Both the position numbers and the translations under genes were made by a program. 64,000 nt of DNA, taken from positions 1 through 64,000 of the forward strand of contig CAVUWD010000014.1 in assembly GCA_963745025.1 (NCBI GenBank), given 5' to 3'. Under the pieces are notes generated by a model. The model did no database searches, was not told where the DNA came from, and worked only from the letters and a program-made list of their open reading frames with translations. Positions 51,489 through 61,720 of this stretch are shown in pieces (the stretch's first letter is position 1; every line of letters begins with the position of its first letter). Source of the stretch: an uncultured delta proteobacterium (GTDB lineage Bacteria; Desulfobacterota; Binatia; JACPRU01).

Positions 51489-52705
51489 TTCTTCCGGCCC
51501 TCCAGGATCTCGATGAACCCGTCGATCCGCATCCGGGCGTCGGCCCAGCTGAATCCCTCGGGATCCGCCTGGTCGCCCTCGAAAATCAGCACGGGCAGAT
51601 CGTGTCGCGCCGTGATCAACTCGATGAGCTCCTGCTGGCCCAGGGACATGGGCCGACAGCTCCGGTTCGAGAACATGACGAGCCCGTCCACCGCGTAGTC
51701 CCGGATCGCCTCATCGAAATATTCGAACCGCTTCGCGATCGGCTTGTTGGTGAAGACGTTCGTGTACTTCTCGGCCATCGTGTGGAAGGGCCGGTGGAGA
51801 TCCAGCCGTCCCGTGCTGGTCTTGTTCCCCCAGTTCAGCGAGGTGTACGGCTCCCACACGAAGTTCGCGCCCTTCTCCTCGAAGTAGTCGATGATCTGCA
51901 AGTGGTGCCAGATCGGGATGCCGTTCCAGATCAGACGATATCGCTCGCCATCCCGCGCCGGCGTCTTGCCTTCCTTCGCGTCCTGCACGTACCGCTCATA
52001 CAGTGCCTCGTAGAAGTCGGCCGCGTCCTGCTCGCCCAGCGACGTGACCAGTGGCAGGACCTGGCCGGCGAGCGCCCGGAAGCTGATCGGGGAGGGGCGA
52101 TGCCGCCGCAGCTCCATCATCTGCTTCCAATAGTGGCCGGCACGATCGGAGTTCCCCAATGACTCGTCCAGCCGCTCCCGCTCGAGCCGGCAGGGAGTGG
52201 TGCGCTCGATGAACGTCACCATCTGCCGGATCTGGCTCTCGTAGTAGTCGATGTACTCCGGCGCACCCGGGTCGTCGGTCGACGGCATGTCCATGTAGAA
52301 CGTCGGCAGCGCGAAGTGGTCCTCGAGATAGGACCACCACGTCTGGTGCAGCGAGCACATGTTCACGTCGGTGATGGAGATGGTGGGCTGCGGAATGGGT
52401 CCGAGCGCGGTCTGGCGGGTCCAGCAGATGCCGAGCCCGCACCGCGTGTAGGAGCAGATGGTGCTGGACATCCCGCGGTCCTTCGCCTCGTCGAAGAACG
52501 GCTCCGCCTTGCCGACCCCCGCGGAGATCGCGGCCAGGCTCTCGGGGTAGATGGCGTGCACGCCCATCGCGTGCAGGACCTCGTTGGGGATGCCGGCGCT
52601 CGCCACGCAGACCGGCTGTCCGGCCTCGGCGGCCGCGATCAGCTTCCGGTGGTTCGCCCCAGCCGTCACTCGTCGCTGGATCGCCTTTAGCTCCAGTTCG
52701 GCCAT
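51485..52705 (-). CDS. HGD-D family subunit (BzdO/BcrB-like)
   Basis: YPES, ICSY, NMC, NRSCR, FEGDQAD, RIDGFIE; GGGAGG RBS. Confidence 0.85.
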   Translation of the reverse strand: MAELELKAIQRRVTAGANHRKLIAAAEAGQPVCVASAGIPNEVLHAMGVHAIYPESLAAISAGVGKAEPFFDEAKDRGMSSTICSYTRCGLGICWTRQTALGPIPQPTISITDVNMCSLHQTWWSYLEDHFALPTFYMDMPSTDDPGAPEYIDYYESQIRQMVTFIERTTPCRLERERLDESLGNSDRAGHYWKQMMELRRHRPSPISFRALAGQVLPLVTSLGEQDAADFYEALYERYVQDAKEGKTPARDGERYRLIWNGIPIWHHLQIIDYFEEKGANFVWEPYTSLNWGNKTSTGRLDLHRPFHTMAEKYTNVFTNKPIAKRFEYFDEAIRDYAVDGLVMFSNRSCRPMSLGQQELIELITARHDLPVLIFEGDQADPEGFSWADARMRIDGFIEILEGRKK

Positions 52706-53242
52706 GCGGTCCTCCCTCGAATCGACTGCGTAACCCAGGTCCGAAACAATCTTCCGCCCTTTGCCCGATCGGTCCGGAGCTCTGACGCCCGGCCGCACTC
52801 CGAACCTCGGCCGGTCAGCCGCGCACGCGGGAGTATAGCAGAAGCGACGGGCGCGCGTAGCACTTCCACACCCGGCCCGGTGGGAGGATGCGCGTGAACG
52901 ACGAGGCACCCGCGCCGAGCCGGCGACGGCGGCCTCGGTTTGCACGGGGGCGCCTCAGACGAGCCGAAGAGTCCCGCCCGCGAGCGTGGCGGTGGTGGCG
53001 GTAGCACACACCGTCGGGAGTGCCGCCGTTACCTTCCCTAGCCCGCCGCCCGGTTGCTATGCTGGCAGGATGACACATGGGACGCCGGCACTTCCCCATC
53101 TCTTGCCCCGCTTTGGCTGATCCAAACTTCGCGATCATCCACGATCGGTCCAATCCTTGTGCACCGGGGCCGGAATCAGACTTCCCCGCAAGAGGGCCGT
53201 TTCAATTCCGGAACTCGCCACGGACAACGCGCATCTACGACC

Positions 53243-54469
53243 ATGGACCGGAAGCTTCGCTGGATAGCTGCCGCGGCGCTGGCCGGCATCGTTGGCTTCG
53301 GCGTTGCCGCGGATGCCCGTGAAGGCGATGCCGCGGCCGAGACCCCCTCGCAGGTTTGCCTCACGCCCGCTGCCTGGACGGTGCCCGACGGCGAGCGGTC
53401 GCACGTCACGAGCGCCAGCGCGTTACTGACGGAGATGGCGAAACGGCAGGTCGTGTTGCTGGGCGAGGACCACGACGAGGATGACCATCACCGCTGGCAG
53501 CTACAGGCGCTTGCCGCGCTGCACGCCCGGCGGCCTGACATGGTCATCGGCTTCGAGATGTTCCCGCGCCGTGTCCAGCCGGTGCTGGACAGCTGGGTGG
53601 CCGGGGATCTCACCGTGCGGCAGTTCCTGGAGCAGTCGGAGTGGCGCAATGTCTGGGACCTTCCGGCCGACCTGTACCTGCCCCTGTTCCAGTTCGCCCG
53701 CATCAACCGCATCCCGATGGTGGCGCTCAACGTCGACGAGAAGCTCAACAAGGCCGTCGCCGCGAAAGGCTGGGATGCCATCCCGGAAAGCGAGCGTGAA
53801 GGCTTGGGCCGTCCCGCGCCGCCGTCCAAGGCCTACCGCGACTACCTTTTCGAGATCTACCGCGAGCACGCCACCGTCGGCGGAAACGATACCACGAAGG
53901 CAGAGGTGACCGACCGCGCCTTCGGCTACTTCGTCGAGGCGCAGACGACGTGGGACCGGGCCATGGCGGAGCCGTTGGCGCGGTACGCCCTTGCAGGCTC
54001 GGGCGGCGGAAAGCCACTGACGGTGGGCATCATGGGCAGCGCCCACATCCGTTTCGGCCACGGCGTGCCGCACCAGCTGCGCGTCTTGGGCGTGAAGAAC
54101 ATCGGTACGCTGCTGCCGCTCCCCTTCGACGCCGATTGCAGCAAGGATCTGCCGACCGGTCTGGCGGATGCAGTATTCGCGTTGCCCCAAGTGGCAACGG
54201 CAAAGCCCGAGCCACCGCGACTTGGCGTCCGATTGGAAGAGAGCGAGGGTGGCGTGCGAATCGTCGACGTCACGGCCGGAAGCCTGGCCGACGAGACCGG
54301 ACTCAAAGTCGGTGACCTTCTCGTGGAGGTCGCTGGCATCGAAGTGAAGCAGCTGACGCCGGTGGTTGCCGCAATCCGGCAGCAGCCTGCGGGCACCTGG
54401 CTGCCGATCCGGGTGAAACGTGGCGACGAAACGTTGGATCTGGTGGTCAAGTTCCGCGCCAAGCCATGA
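53243..54469 (+). CDS. ChaN/EreA-like family protein with C-terminal PDZ domain
   Basis: VVLLGEDHD, IGFEMF, AQTTWDRAMA, MGSAH; PRLGV...GLKVGD. Confidence 0.88.
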   Translation: MDRKLRWIAAAALAGIVGFGVAADAREGDAAAETPSQVCLTPAAWTVPDGERSHVTSASALLTEMAKRQVVLLGEDHDEDDHHRWQLQALAALHARRPDMVIGFEMFPRRVQPVLDSWVAGDLTVRQFLEQSEWRNVWDLPADLYLPLFQFARINRIPMVALNVDEKLNKAVAAKGWDAIPESEREGLGRPAPPSKAYRDYLFEIYREHATVGGNDTTKAEVTDRAFGYFVEAQTTWDRAMAEPLARYALAGSGGGKPLTVGIMGSAHIRFGHGVPHQLRVLGVKNIGTLLPLPFDADCSKDLPTGLADAVFALPQVATAKPEPPRLGVRLEESEGGVRIVDVTAGSLADETGLKVGDLLVEVAGIEVKQLTPVVAAIRQQPAGTWLPIRVKRGDETLDLVVKFRAKP

Positions 54470-56514
54470 CGGTCGTGTTCGCCCGCCCGTCCCGCGTGGC
54501 GCTCCTGGCGGTCGTCACGAGCATCGCTTCGACTTCGGTCCGGGCCGCGCCGCCATTCCTCGATCTCGAGGTCGAGCTCGACCCCGGCACGCGCCACTTG
54601 AAGGTTTCGGCACTCGTCGTGCCGGAGTCGCGCGACTTCCGGTTCGCGTTGCACGAATCCCTGCAGGTAACTGCTGCCTCCGCGGACGGCAAGATGCTGC
54701 GCATCGTTTCGACGGGACGCGCGGGGGCGGTTGGCGGCTGGCAGGTGCAGGTGCCGGCAGACTCTGCCGGGCTGCGGCTGGAATATGGCGGTACGCTCCC
54801 GGTACTGGACCGAAATCTCGATGATCGCGGCGTGCTGCGGCGCCTGCCGCCGATGGCGTCGAACGAGGGTAGCTTCCTGCCGGCGGGCGGTGCCTGGTAT
54901 CCGCAGCCGGCGGCACGATTCATCTACCGTGTGAAATTGTCGGTGCCCGCCGATCAACGCGCGCTGGTGCCCGGCCGGCTCGAGTCCGAGGAAGTGCCCA
55001 CCGAGGCTTCGGGACGCTATCGTGCCCGCTTCGAATTCTCGCGGCCCGCCGAGGGCATCGACCTCATGGCCGGGCCCTGGGTCGTTCGCGAGAGGACGAT
55101 GACGCGCGCGAACGACGGGCCGGTGCGGCTGCGCACCTATTTCTTCCGCGACCTCGATGCGACGGCGGGGCTGGCTGACGGTTATCTCGAGGACACGCGC
55201 CGCTACCTCGAACGCTACGGCGGCGAGATCGGCGCCTATCCCTTCACCGAATTCTCCGTCGTCGCGAGCCCGCTCCCCACGGGCTTCGGCATGCCAACGC
55301 TCACCTACATGGGCGCTGATGTGCTGAAGCTGCCCTTCATCCGCGCCACTTCGCTCGGCCACGAGGTGCTGCACAGCTGGTGGGGCAACGGCGTCTACGT
55401 TGACTACGCGCAAGGCAACTGGTCGGAGGGACTGACCACCTTCATGGCCGATTACGCGTACAAAGAGCACGAGTCGGCGGAGGCCGCACGCGAAATGCGG
55501 CAGGGGTGGCTACGGGATTTCGCCGCGGTGCCGCCCGGCGGCCACCAGGCGTTGGCGTCCTTCCGTTCCCGCACCCATGGCGCAGCGGCTGCCGTCGGGT
55601 ACGGCAAGTCGGCCATGCTGTTCGTGATGCTCCGCGATGCCATCGGCGAGGATGCGTTTCGGCGTGGCATTCGCAGGTTCTGGGAGAACCACCGATTCCG
55701 GGCGGCTGCATGGAGCGACCTGCGCGCCCGCTTCGAGGAGGCGTCGGGCAGATCGCTGTTGCCGTTCTTCGACCAGTGGCTCAACCGGTCCGGAGGGCCC
55801 GCGGTGAAGATCGCCACGGCCAGCGCGAAAACGGAGGCGGCCAGAACCCGCCTGACCATGGCCCTCGAGCAGACCGCACCGGCCTACGCGTTGCACGTCC
55901 CGCTGGAAATCGTGTTCCCCGGCCGCACCGAGACGCGCTGGATCGATATCGAACGGCAACGGGACGTAGCGACGATAGACGTGGATGCAATGCCCGAAGG
56001 CGTGCGGCTCGATCCGGAGCTGCGCGTCTGGCGCATGCTGGACCGGGAGCAGCTGCCCCCGATCCTGCGCCAGTGGGTCATTGCTCGCGCGCCCCGGATC
56101 GTGCAGGCCTCGACCGCCGGCGACGTACGCGAGGCGGCGCTGTCGCTGGCGAAACGCTTCTTCGAGGCTCCGCCGCAGGAGGTGCCGCCAGACCAGCTGA
56201 ATCGGGGCCGCGAGCCGGTGTTGCTGATGGGCCTGCATCCGGACGTGGGCGCGGCACTGGCCCGTGCCGGTTTGCCGCGGCAGCCCGCAAATCTGGAGGG
56301 ACGCGGCAGCGCCCAGGTGTGGACCGTCGCGGGCGAGGCAAGCGCACCGGTGGCGGTGATCTCGGTGACGGACGCCGACGCGATGCGGGCGCTCCAGCGC
56401 CCCCTCCCGCATTACGGCGCGCAGAGTTGGCTGGTGTTCGAGGGCGCTCGCATGCTCGAGCGCGGCGTGTGGTCCGCGTCCGGCCGGCTGACCCCAGTGC
56501 ACAGCATTCGTTAG
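54466..56514 (+). CDS. Secreted M1-family aminopeptidase
   Basis: GFGMP, HEVLHSWWGN...NWSEG, GYGKSAM; start overlaps upstream stop (ATGA). Confidence 0.9.
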   Translation: MTVVFARPSRVALLAVVTSIASTSVRAAPPFLDLEVELDPGTRHLKVSALVVPESRDFRFALHESLQVTAASADGKMLRIVSTGRAGAVGGWQVQVPADSAGLRLEYGGTLPVLDRNLDDRGVLRRLPPMASNEGSFLPAGGAWYPQPAARFIYRVKLSVPADQRALVPGRLESEEVPTEASGRYRARFEFSRPAEGIDLMAGPWVVRERTMTRANDGPVRLRTYFFRDLDATAGLADGYLEDTRRYLERYGGEIGAYPFTEFSVVASPLPTGFGMPTLTYMGADVLKLPFIRATSLGHEVLHSWWGNGVYVDYAQGNWSEGLTTFMADYAYKEHESAEAAREMRQGWLRDFAAVPPGGHQALASFRSRTHGAAAAVGYGKSAMLFVMLRDAIGEDAFRRGIRRFWENHRFRAAAWSDLRARFEEASGRSLLPFFDQWLNRSGGPAVKIATASAKTEAARTRLTMALEQTAPAYALHVPLEIVFPGRTETRWIDIERQRDVATIDVDAMPEGVRLDPELRVWRMLDREQLPPILRQWVIARAPRIVQASTAGDVREAALSLAKRFFEAPPQEVPPDQLNRGREPVLLMGLHPDVGAALARAGLPRQPANLEGRGSAQVWTVAGEASAPVAVISVTDADAMRALQRPLPHYGAQSWLVFEGARMLERGVWSASGRLTPVHSIR

Positions 56515-56777
56515 AGCGATCATTGCCAACGCCAGCATCGACTCCACACGGCTGGGATGAACGGCCGGCGAACGGCGAGCACTGGCCAAGAACGATGGGA
56601 CCTTGCACGGCCGCCTCGGCCGAATCACTCGACTGGCATGCAAGATTTCTCTGGAGTTGTTCCATCGAGTACGACCGCGTAGATCGTCGAGAACTCCATG
56701 TTCATCCGCGGCGACCCACGTGACGTCCGCGCCGCAGGCGAGTACGCTGTTCGCGTGTTGCTGTGGAGGGTTCACGC

Positions 56778-57791
56778 ATGCCTGCCAATCTCTCGCCCGA
56801 CTACAAGGCCGCGGAGGCCAACTTCCGCAAGGCGCGCGACCCGCAGGAGCGCCTCGAGTGGCTGCGGGAGATGCTGCGCGTCATTCCCAAGCACAAGGGT
56901 ACGGATCACCTGCAGGGCGACATCAAGAGCAAGATCCGGCAGTTGTCCGAGGAGCTGGAGGCGCACAGGAAAGGCGCGACGCGCGGCGGCCCCAGCATCG
57001 TCACGCACCCAGAAGGCGCCGCCCAGCTCGCGTTGATCGGCCCGCCCAACTCGGGCAAGTCTTCGCTCCACGCGAGGCTGACAGGATCGAATGCACACGT
57101 GGCGCCCTATCCCTTCACCACCCAGTTCCCCGAGCCGGGGATGATGCCGTACCAGGATATCCACTTTCAGCTCGTCGATCTGCCGGCGATCTCGCCCGAA
57201 CATCCGGTGGCGTGGATTGCCGACGCTGTGCAGACGGCAGATGGGTGCCTGCTGGTGGTCGATCTGAGCGACGCCGATTGTGTCGACCAGGTGCAGGCGC
57301 TGCACCTGGTGCTCGCAGCGCGGCATGTCACGCTGAGCGAGCACTGGGCCCCGGACGAAGAGGCTCCGGACACCGAGACAGACGTCTTCCGAGTGCGTCT
57401 GCCGACGCTGCTGGTGGACAACAAATGCGACCGGGAAACGGAGCCGGAGGAAGACCTCGAGGTATTTCGCGAGTTGACCGGGTTGCGTTATCCCGCGCTG
57501 GCCGTATCGGCCGTCACCGGACACGGCCTCGGCGAGCTGGGGGCCTTCCTGTTTCGCAACTTACGTATCGTGCGCGTTTATACCAAGACGCCGGGGCATG
57601 CCGTCGATCGCCAGCGCCCGTTCACGCTGCGGCAGGGGCAGACCATCGAGCACGTGGCGCGCCTGGTGCACAAAGATCTCCTGAACACCCTGCGCTATGC
57701 CCGCGTGTGGGGAAAGTCGGGGTTCGATGGTCAGCACGTGGGAGGCGAGCATCGCGTCGAAGATGGGGACGTGATCGAGCTTCACAGCTGA
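56778..57791 (+). CDS. OBG-family DRG-like GTPase with TGS domain
   Basis: MPANL..., PKHKGTDHL, GPPNSGKS, YPFTT, DLPA, NKCD; TGS domain ending DGDVIELH. Confidence 0.9.
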   Translation: MPANLSPDYKAAEANFRKARDPQERLEWLREMLRVIPKHKGTDHLQGDIKSKIRQLSEELEAHRKGATRGGPSIVTHPEGAAQLALIGPPNSGKSSLHARLTGSNAHVAPYPFTTQFPEPGMMPYQDIHFQLVDLPAISPEHPVAWIADAVQTADGCLLVVDLSDADCVDQVQALHLVLAARHVTLSEHWAPDEEAPDTETDVFRVRLPTLLVDNKCDRETEPEEDLEVFRELTGLRYPALAVSAVTGHGLGELGAFLFRNLRIVRVYTKTPGHAVDRQRPFTLRQGQTIEHVARLVHKDLLNTLRYARVWGKSGFDGQHVGGEHRVEDGDVIELHS

Positions 57792-57829
57792 GCGAATGAG
57801 GCGCACACGCGGCCGCTCTATTCCTTGCA

Positions 57830-57960
57830 TGCCCGCTGCGCGGGAGTTTCTGAGGGCGTGGTTCTGATGACCGGCGGTTGGAAGACGCGGCCGATCTTCG
57901 AGCGCTACAACATCAAGAGCGAAGACAAACTGCGCGACGCCGCTGCCGCGGTTGCCGTTT
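57830..57960 (+). pseudogene. Tyrosine integrase C-terminal remnant
   Basis: AGVSEGVVLMTGGWKTRPIFERYNIKSEDKLRDAA. Confidence 0.75.
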
Positions 57961-58052
57961 GCGCCCTTGGGAAAGAATCGAGAAAACAGCTCGCACGAAA
58001 CCCATCGGGAAGACTTGGAGGTCTCGCGATACACCGTGACTTCCAGTTTTTT

Positions 58053-58108
58053 TGAGTGCCGGAAGGGGGACTCGAACCCCCACGGCCTTGCGACCACCGG
58101 ATTTTGAG
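58053..58108 (-). repeat. att site: 56-bp duplicate of the tRNA-Leu 3' portion, up to the anticodon loop
   Basis: TGAGTGCCGGAAGGGGGACTCGAACCCCCACGGCCTTGCGACCACCGGATTTTGAG. Confidence 0.95.
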
Positions 58109-58714
58109 ATCTGGATAATATCGAGCAGTACGGTCAAATCCGAAGGAACTCAAGGCCCTTGGCGGGTTCGAGCCGTAGCCGTCCGTACCTGCCCAGCACG
58201 GAAATGGGTCGGAAATGGGTCTGTCTAATCGCGCGGCGCTGAGTCCCGCGAGCCTTCCTCGAAGCTGCAAATGGCGGTGCGCTCGGGCCCCCTGGGAAAC
58301 CCCTACGGGGTGCGCCACCCGCGGGTACGCTGCCGTACTGTGCCGTCGCCCTGTTGGGCAGAGGTTGGGCGCGCCCTCGTGCGTCTTGACAACACTCTCG
58401 GCGCGGGCAAACGTCTTCACTGATGAGCTGAAGAGGTCCGTCGTCGGCGCTGTTCCAGCGGATCGAAGGAGATGGAAGGGTCTCGAGGATAAAAAGAATT
58501 ACTTCAAGTTGCAACAGGCGGTTCGTGTCCACTGTGCCGCATCCGGCATTGGCGAACATGTCACGTGGGCCCCACCGAAGACGCAGCCAGCATGCACAGC
58601 CGACGGCCTGCTCTACGAACGCGAGAACGGCAAGAATCGAGTGACACCGATGCAATCCCATCGCAGGTGACAGACGCCGGGGAGACCATCGTCGAAAGGG
58701 AAAGGGCGTACATC

Positions 58715-59345
58715 ATGGCAAAAGATTCCAAATCGGTAACAGCAACAAATCCCGAAGGAGCCAACGGAGAGAAGTCCCTTTCCGTGGCCGACCTGGGCAT
58801 GGGCGATGCCCGCGGCGTGGACAAGATCCGCGATCTCCTGTTCGGAAACCAGATGCAGGATTACGATCGCCGGTTCTCGATGCTCGCGGAAGGCTTCCAT
58901 CAGAAGCTGCGAGACGTGGAGTCCGAGACCGCTCGGAGCCTGAGTAGCCTAGAGGCCAACCTCAAGAAGCAGCTCGACTCGATCGCGGGCCAGGTTCGGG
59001 AAGAGAAGGATCTGCGAACCGACGCGGACAAGGAGCTCGATCACAAACCTGCGCGAGTCGAGCCAGGCGCTGGAGAAGCGCATCGGACAGCTGTCCGACC
59101 AACTCGCGTGCCTGGAGCGGGACATGAACGATCGCGTCAGCCACGATGTCCAGGGCTTGCGTGAAGAGATCAAGCGCCGGAGCGACGACGCGCGTGCCAC
59201 CCTCGATCGGATGTTCGCCGAGCTTCGCGACGTGAAAACGGACCGGAGCCTGCTTGCCGGCTTATTCGTGGAAGTCGCGCGCTGCTTGAACCAGGAGCTG
59301 CCTCCGTCGCTCGCGACCAAGAGCGGAGGCGGCGAGCGGAGCTGA
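58715..59345 (+). CDS. Coiled-coil protein; one frameshift near 59045
   Basis: VDKIRDLLFGNQMQDYDRRF...KTDRSLLAGLFVEVA, joined across two frames. Confidence 0.8.
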
Positions 59346-59369
59346 ACCGCGCCGCGCAGGGCGCCGGTC

Positions 59370-61211
59370 ATGTCGGATTCCCCGCCGCTTCGCAGGCCGG
59401 GTTCGGACGTCAACGGGCAGACGCCGAACCCTGATCGGCTCGCCAACCTCTTGATCGGGATCGCACGGTACGTCGATCCCGCGACCGCTCCGAGCATCCC
59501 GGCGCCGAGCGGCGATCCGAGTCTCGACGCGGTCCGGCACATCCTGCTCGACCGGGAGCTGCAAGTTCTCGCCCGGCTTCGGAGGACGCTCGACGAGCCC
59601 GAGCGCTTGGCCGCGGCCGTCGGTGACGTCCTGTCGCTGGCCGTTCAGCGGGCCGCGGCGCGCGACGGGCGGTTGGGTGAGGTGCTCACCCCGGCGGTCG
59701 AGCGCGCCGCGCAATGCTCGATCAAGAAGGACCCGCGGACGTTCATAGGCATCTTCTCTCCGCTGATGGGCGCCACCATCCGCAAGTCGATCGCGGAGGC
59801 TCTGGAGAGCACGCTCCAATCCCTCAATCAGGCGCTCAAGCACAGCCTGTCGTGGCGAGGGCTCATGTGGCGGATCGAGGCGCGTCGCGCCGGCACGACG
59901 TTCGCGGACGTGGTGCTCCGGCACACGCTCGTCTACCGCGTCGAGCACCTCTTCCTGATCCACAAGGAGAGCGGCCTCCTCATCAGCCACGTCGCGGCGG
60001 ACGACGCCGCGAGCGAGGACCCGCAGCTCGTCTCGGGAATGCTCAGCGCCATCCAGGACTTCGTCCGGGACTCTTTCGGTCGCGCCGACGCCACCGGCCT
60101 CGACACCCTGCGTCTGGGTGATCGGGTCCTGTGGTGCGAGCAAGGCGCGCTCGCTTTTCTCGCGGCCGTCATTCGCGGCACGCCGCCCGAAACGCTCCAC
60201 GTCACTCTCCGCGAGACGTTGGCGAGCATCCACGACGAGTGGCGCGCCCCACTCGCGGACTTCGCCGGCGACGATGCGGACTTCGCCGGCGTCGCCGAAC
60301 GCCTGCGGACGTCTCTGCAAGCGCAGGCGAGCGCCCCCGAAAAGCGCCTGTCGCCTCTCCTCTGGGTGCTGCCCCTGTTGTTGGTCGCCCTCGGCGGCTA
60401 CTGGCTGTACGAGCGACACGAAGCCCGGCGGCGGTTCGACCGGTACGTCGCGCAGCTCGAAGCCGAGCCTGGGATCGTCGTAACCAGCGCCGGAAGGCGC
60501 GGCGGCGTCTGGCAGGTGACCGGCATGCGGGACCCGTTGTCGCCCGACCCGACGACGCTGCTGGCCGCGGCCGACCTGGCACCGGCCGAGGTCGATGGAC
60601 ATTGGCAGCCGTATCTCGCGCTCGACCCGGCCCTAGCGCTCAAGAGGTTCCAGACGAGCCTGCAGCCGCCGCCGACCGTCTCCCTCGCGCTCGAGGATGG
60701 CACGGTACGGGCGCACGGGTCTGCGCCGCACCATTGGATCGAGCGGGCACGCGCCCTCGTTCGCACGTTGCCACCCGGATCCCCCGGGCTCGATCTGGCG
60801 AGCCTCGAGGATCCCGAGATGGCGGAATACGAGCGCGTACGCAGCGCCGTCCAATCCCACGTGATCTACTTCGATCACAACGTCCCGAAGCCGGCGAGCG
60901 GCCAGGAGGCCGAGATCGACGCTCTGGCTGGCGAGCTGCTCGAGCTCGAGCGGGTGGTGCGCGAGATGCGCGTCTCCGCGCGCGTGACGATTGCAGGCCA
61001 TGCCGATTCCACGGGCAAGGACACGCCGAACCTCGCCCTCAGCATGGGGCGAGCGGAGGTCGTTCGCTCCATGCTGAGGGCGCGTGGCGTCGATCCCGAC
61101 CTGTTGGCGGTCCGGGGCGCGGGGCCGCTCGAGCCCTTGAAGCCAGAGACGACCGAAGAGGATCGTTCCATCAATCGACGCGTGTCGTTCACCGTCGGCA
61201 TCGGAGAGTGA
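59370..61211 (+). CDS. Single-pass membrane protein with cytoplasmic N-terminal domain and C-terminal OmpA-like domain
   Basis: YRVEHLFLIHKESGLL, VSGMLSAIQDFVRDSF, TM LLWVLPLLLVALGGYW, GMRDPL, GHADSTG...NLALSMGRA...NRRV. Confidence 0.9.
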   Translation: MSDSPPLRRPGSDVNGQTPNPDRLANLLIGIARYVDPATAPSIPAPSGDPSLDAVRHILLDRELQVLARLRRTLDEPERLAAAVGDVLSLAVQRAAARDGRLGEVLTPAVERAAQCSIKKDPRTFIGIFSPLMGATIRKSIAEALESTLQSLNQALKHSLSWRGLMWRIEARRAGTTFADVVLRHTLVYRVEHLFLIHKESGLLISHVAADDAASEDPQLVSGMLSAIQDFVRDSFGRADATGLDTLRLGDRVLWCEQGALAFLAAVIRGTPPETLHVTLRETLASIHDEWRAPLADFAGDDADFAGVAERLRTSLQAQASAPEKRLSPLLWVLPLLLVALGGYWLYERHEARRRFDRYVAQLEAEPGIVVTSAGRRGGVWQVTGMRDPLSPDPTTLLAAADLAPAEVDGHWQPYLALDPALALKRFQTSLQPPPTVSLALEDGTVRAHGSAPHHWIERARALVRTLPPGSPGLDLASLEDPEMAEYERVRSAVQSHVIYFDHNVPKPASGQEAEIDALAGELLELERVVREMRVSARVTIAGHADSTGKDTPNLALSMGRAEVVRSMLRARGVDPDLLAVRGAGPLEPLKPETTEEDRSINRRVSFTVGIGE

Positions 61212-61720
61212 TGCAGCAGAAGAAGATCTGCATGCTAGGTGCGTTCGCCGTGGGCAAGACGAGTCTCGTGCGCCGCTACGTCGACAGCATCTTCTCGGAC
61301 ACCTACCTCACGACGGTAGGGGTTAAGATCGACAAGCGCGTGGTCACGGTCGGCGACGACACGCTGAACCTGATTCTCTGGGACATCGCCGGCGAGGACG
61401 ATGTGTCTTCCGTCCGGATGAGCTATCTCCGCGGCGCGAGCGGCTATTTCCTGGTGGTGGACGGGACACGTGCCGCGACGCTCGACGTCGCGCGTTCCAT
61501 CCAGCAGCGCGCCGAAAGCGAGATCGGCAGCGTGCCGTTCATCGCCCTCGTCAACAAGCTCGACGTACGCGACGAGTGGGCCGTCACGCAGGAAAGCCTG
61601 GCCGAGCTCGAAGACGCCGGGTGGTCGGTGGCGCTGACCAGCGCCCGAACCGGCGAAGGCGTCGAAGTGGCGTTCCGCACCCTCGCCGAACGCATGCTCC
61701 GGCCGAACCCGGCGACGTGA
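61211..61720 (+). CDS. Rab/Ras-like small GTPase (prokaryotic Rup-type)
   Basis: G1 GAFAVGKTS, G2 YLTTVG, G3 WDIAG, G4 NKLD, G5 SAR. Confidence 0.93.
   Translation: MQQKKICMLGAFAVGKTSLVRRYVDSIFSDTYLTTVGVKIDKRVVTVGDDTLNLILWDIAGEDDVSSVRMSYLRGASGYFLVVDGTRAATLDVARSIQQRAESEIGSVPFIALVNKLDVRDEWAVTQESLAELEDAGWSVALTSARTGEGVEVAFRTLAERMLRPNPAT

Noticed and set aside
58053-58108. Second tRNA-Leu gene
   Set aside because: Lacks the 5' acceptor strand and D-arm; it is an att duplication
58215-58670. 151-aa ORF at the island's left end as an integrase or excisionase
   Set aside because: No catalytic R-H-R-Y or HTH motif is recognisable; probably degraded sequence
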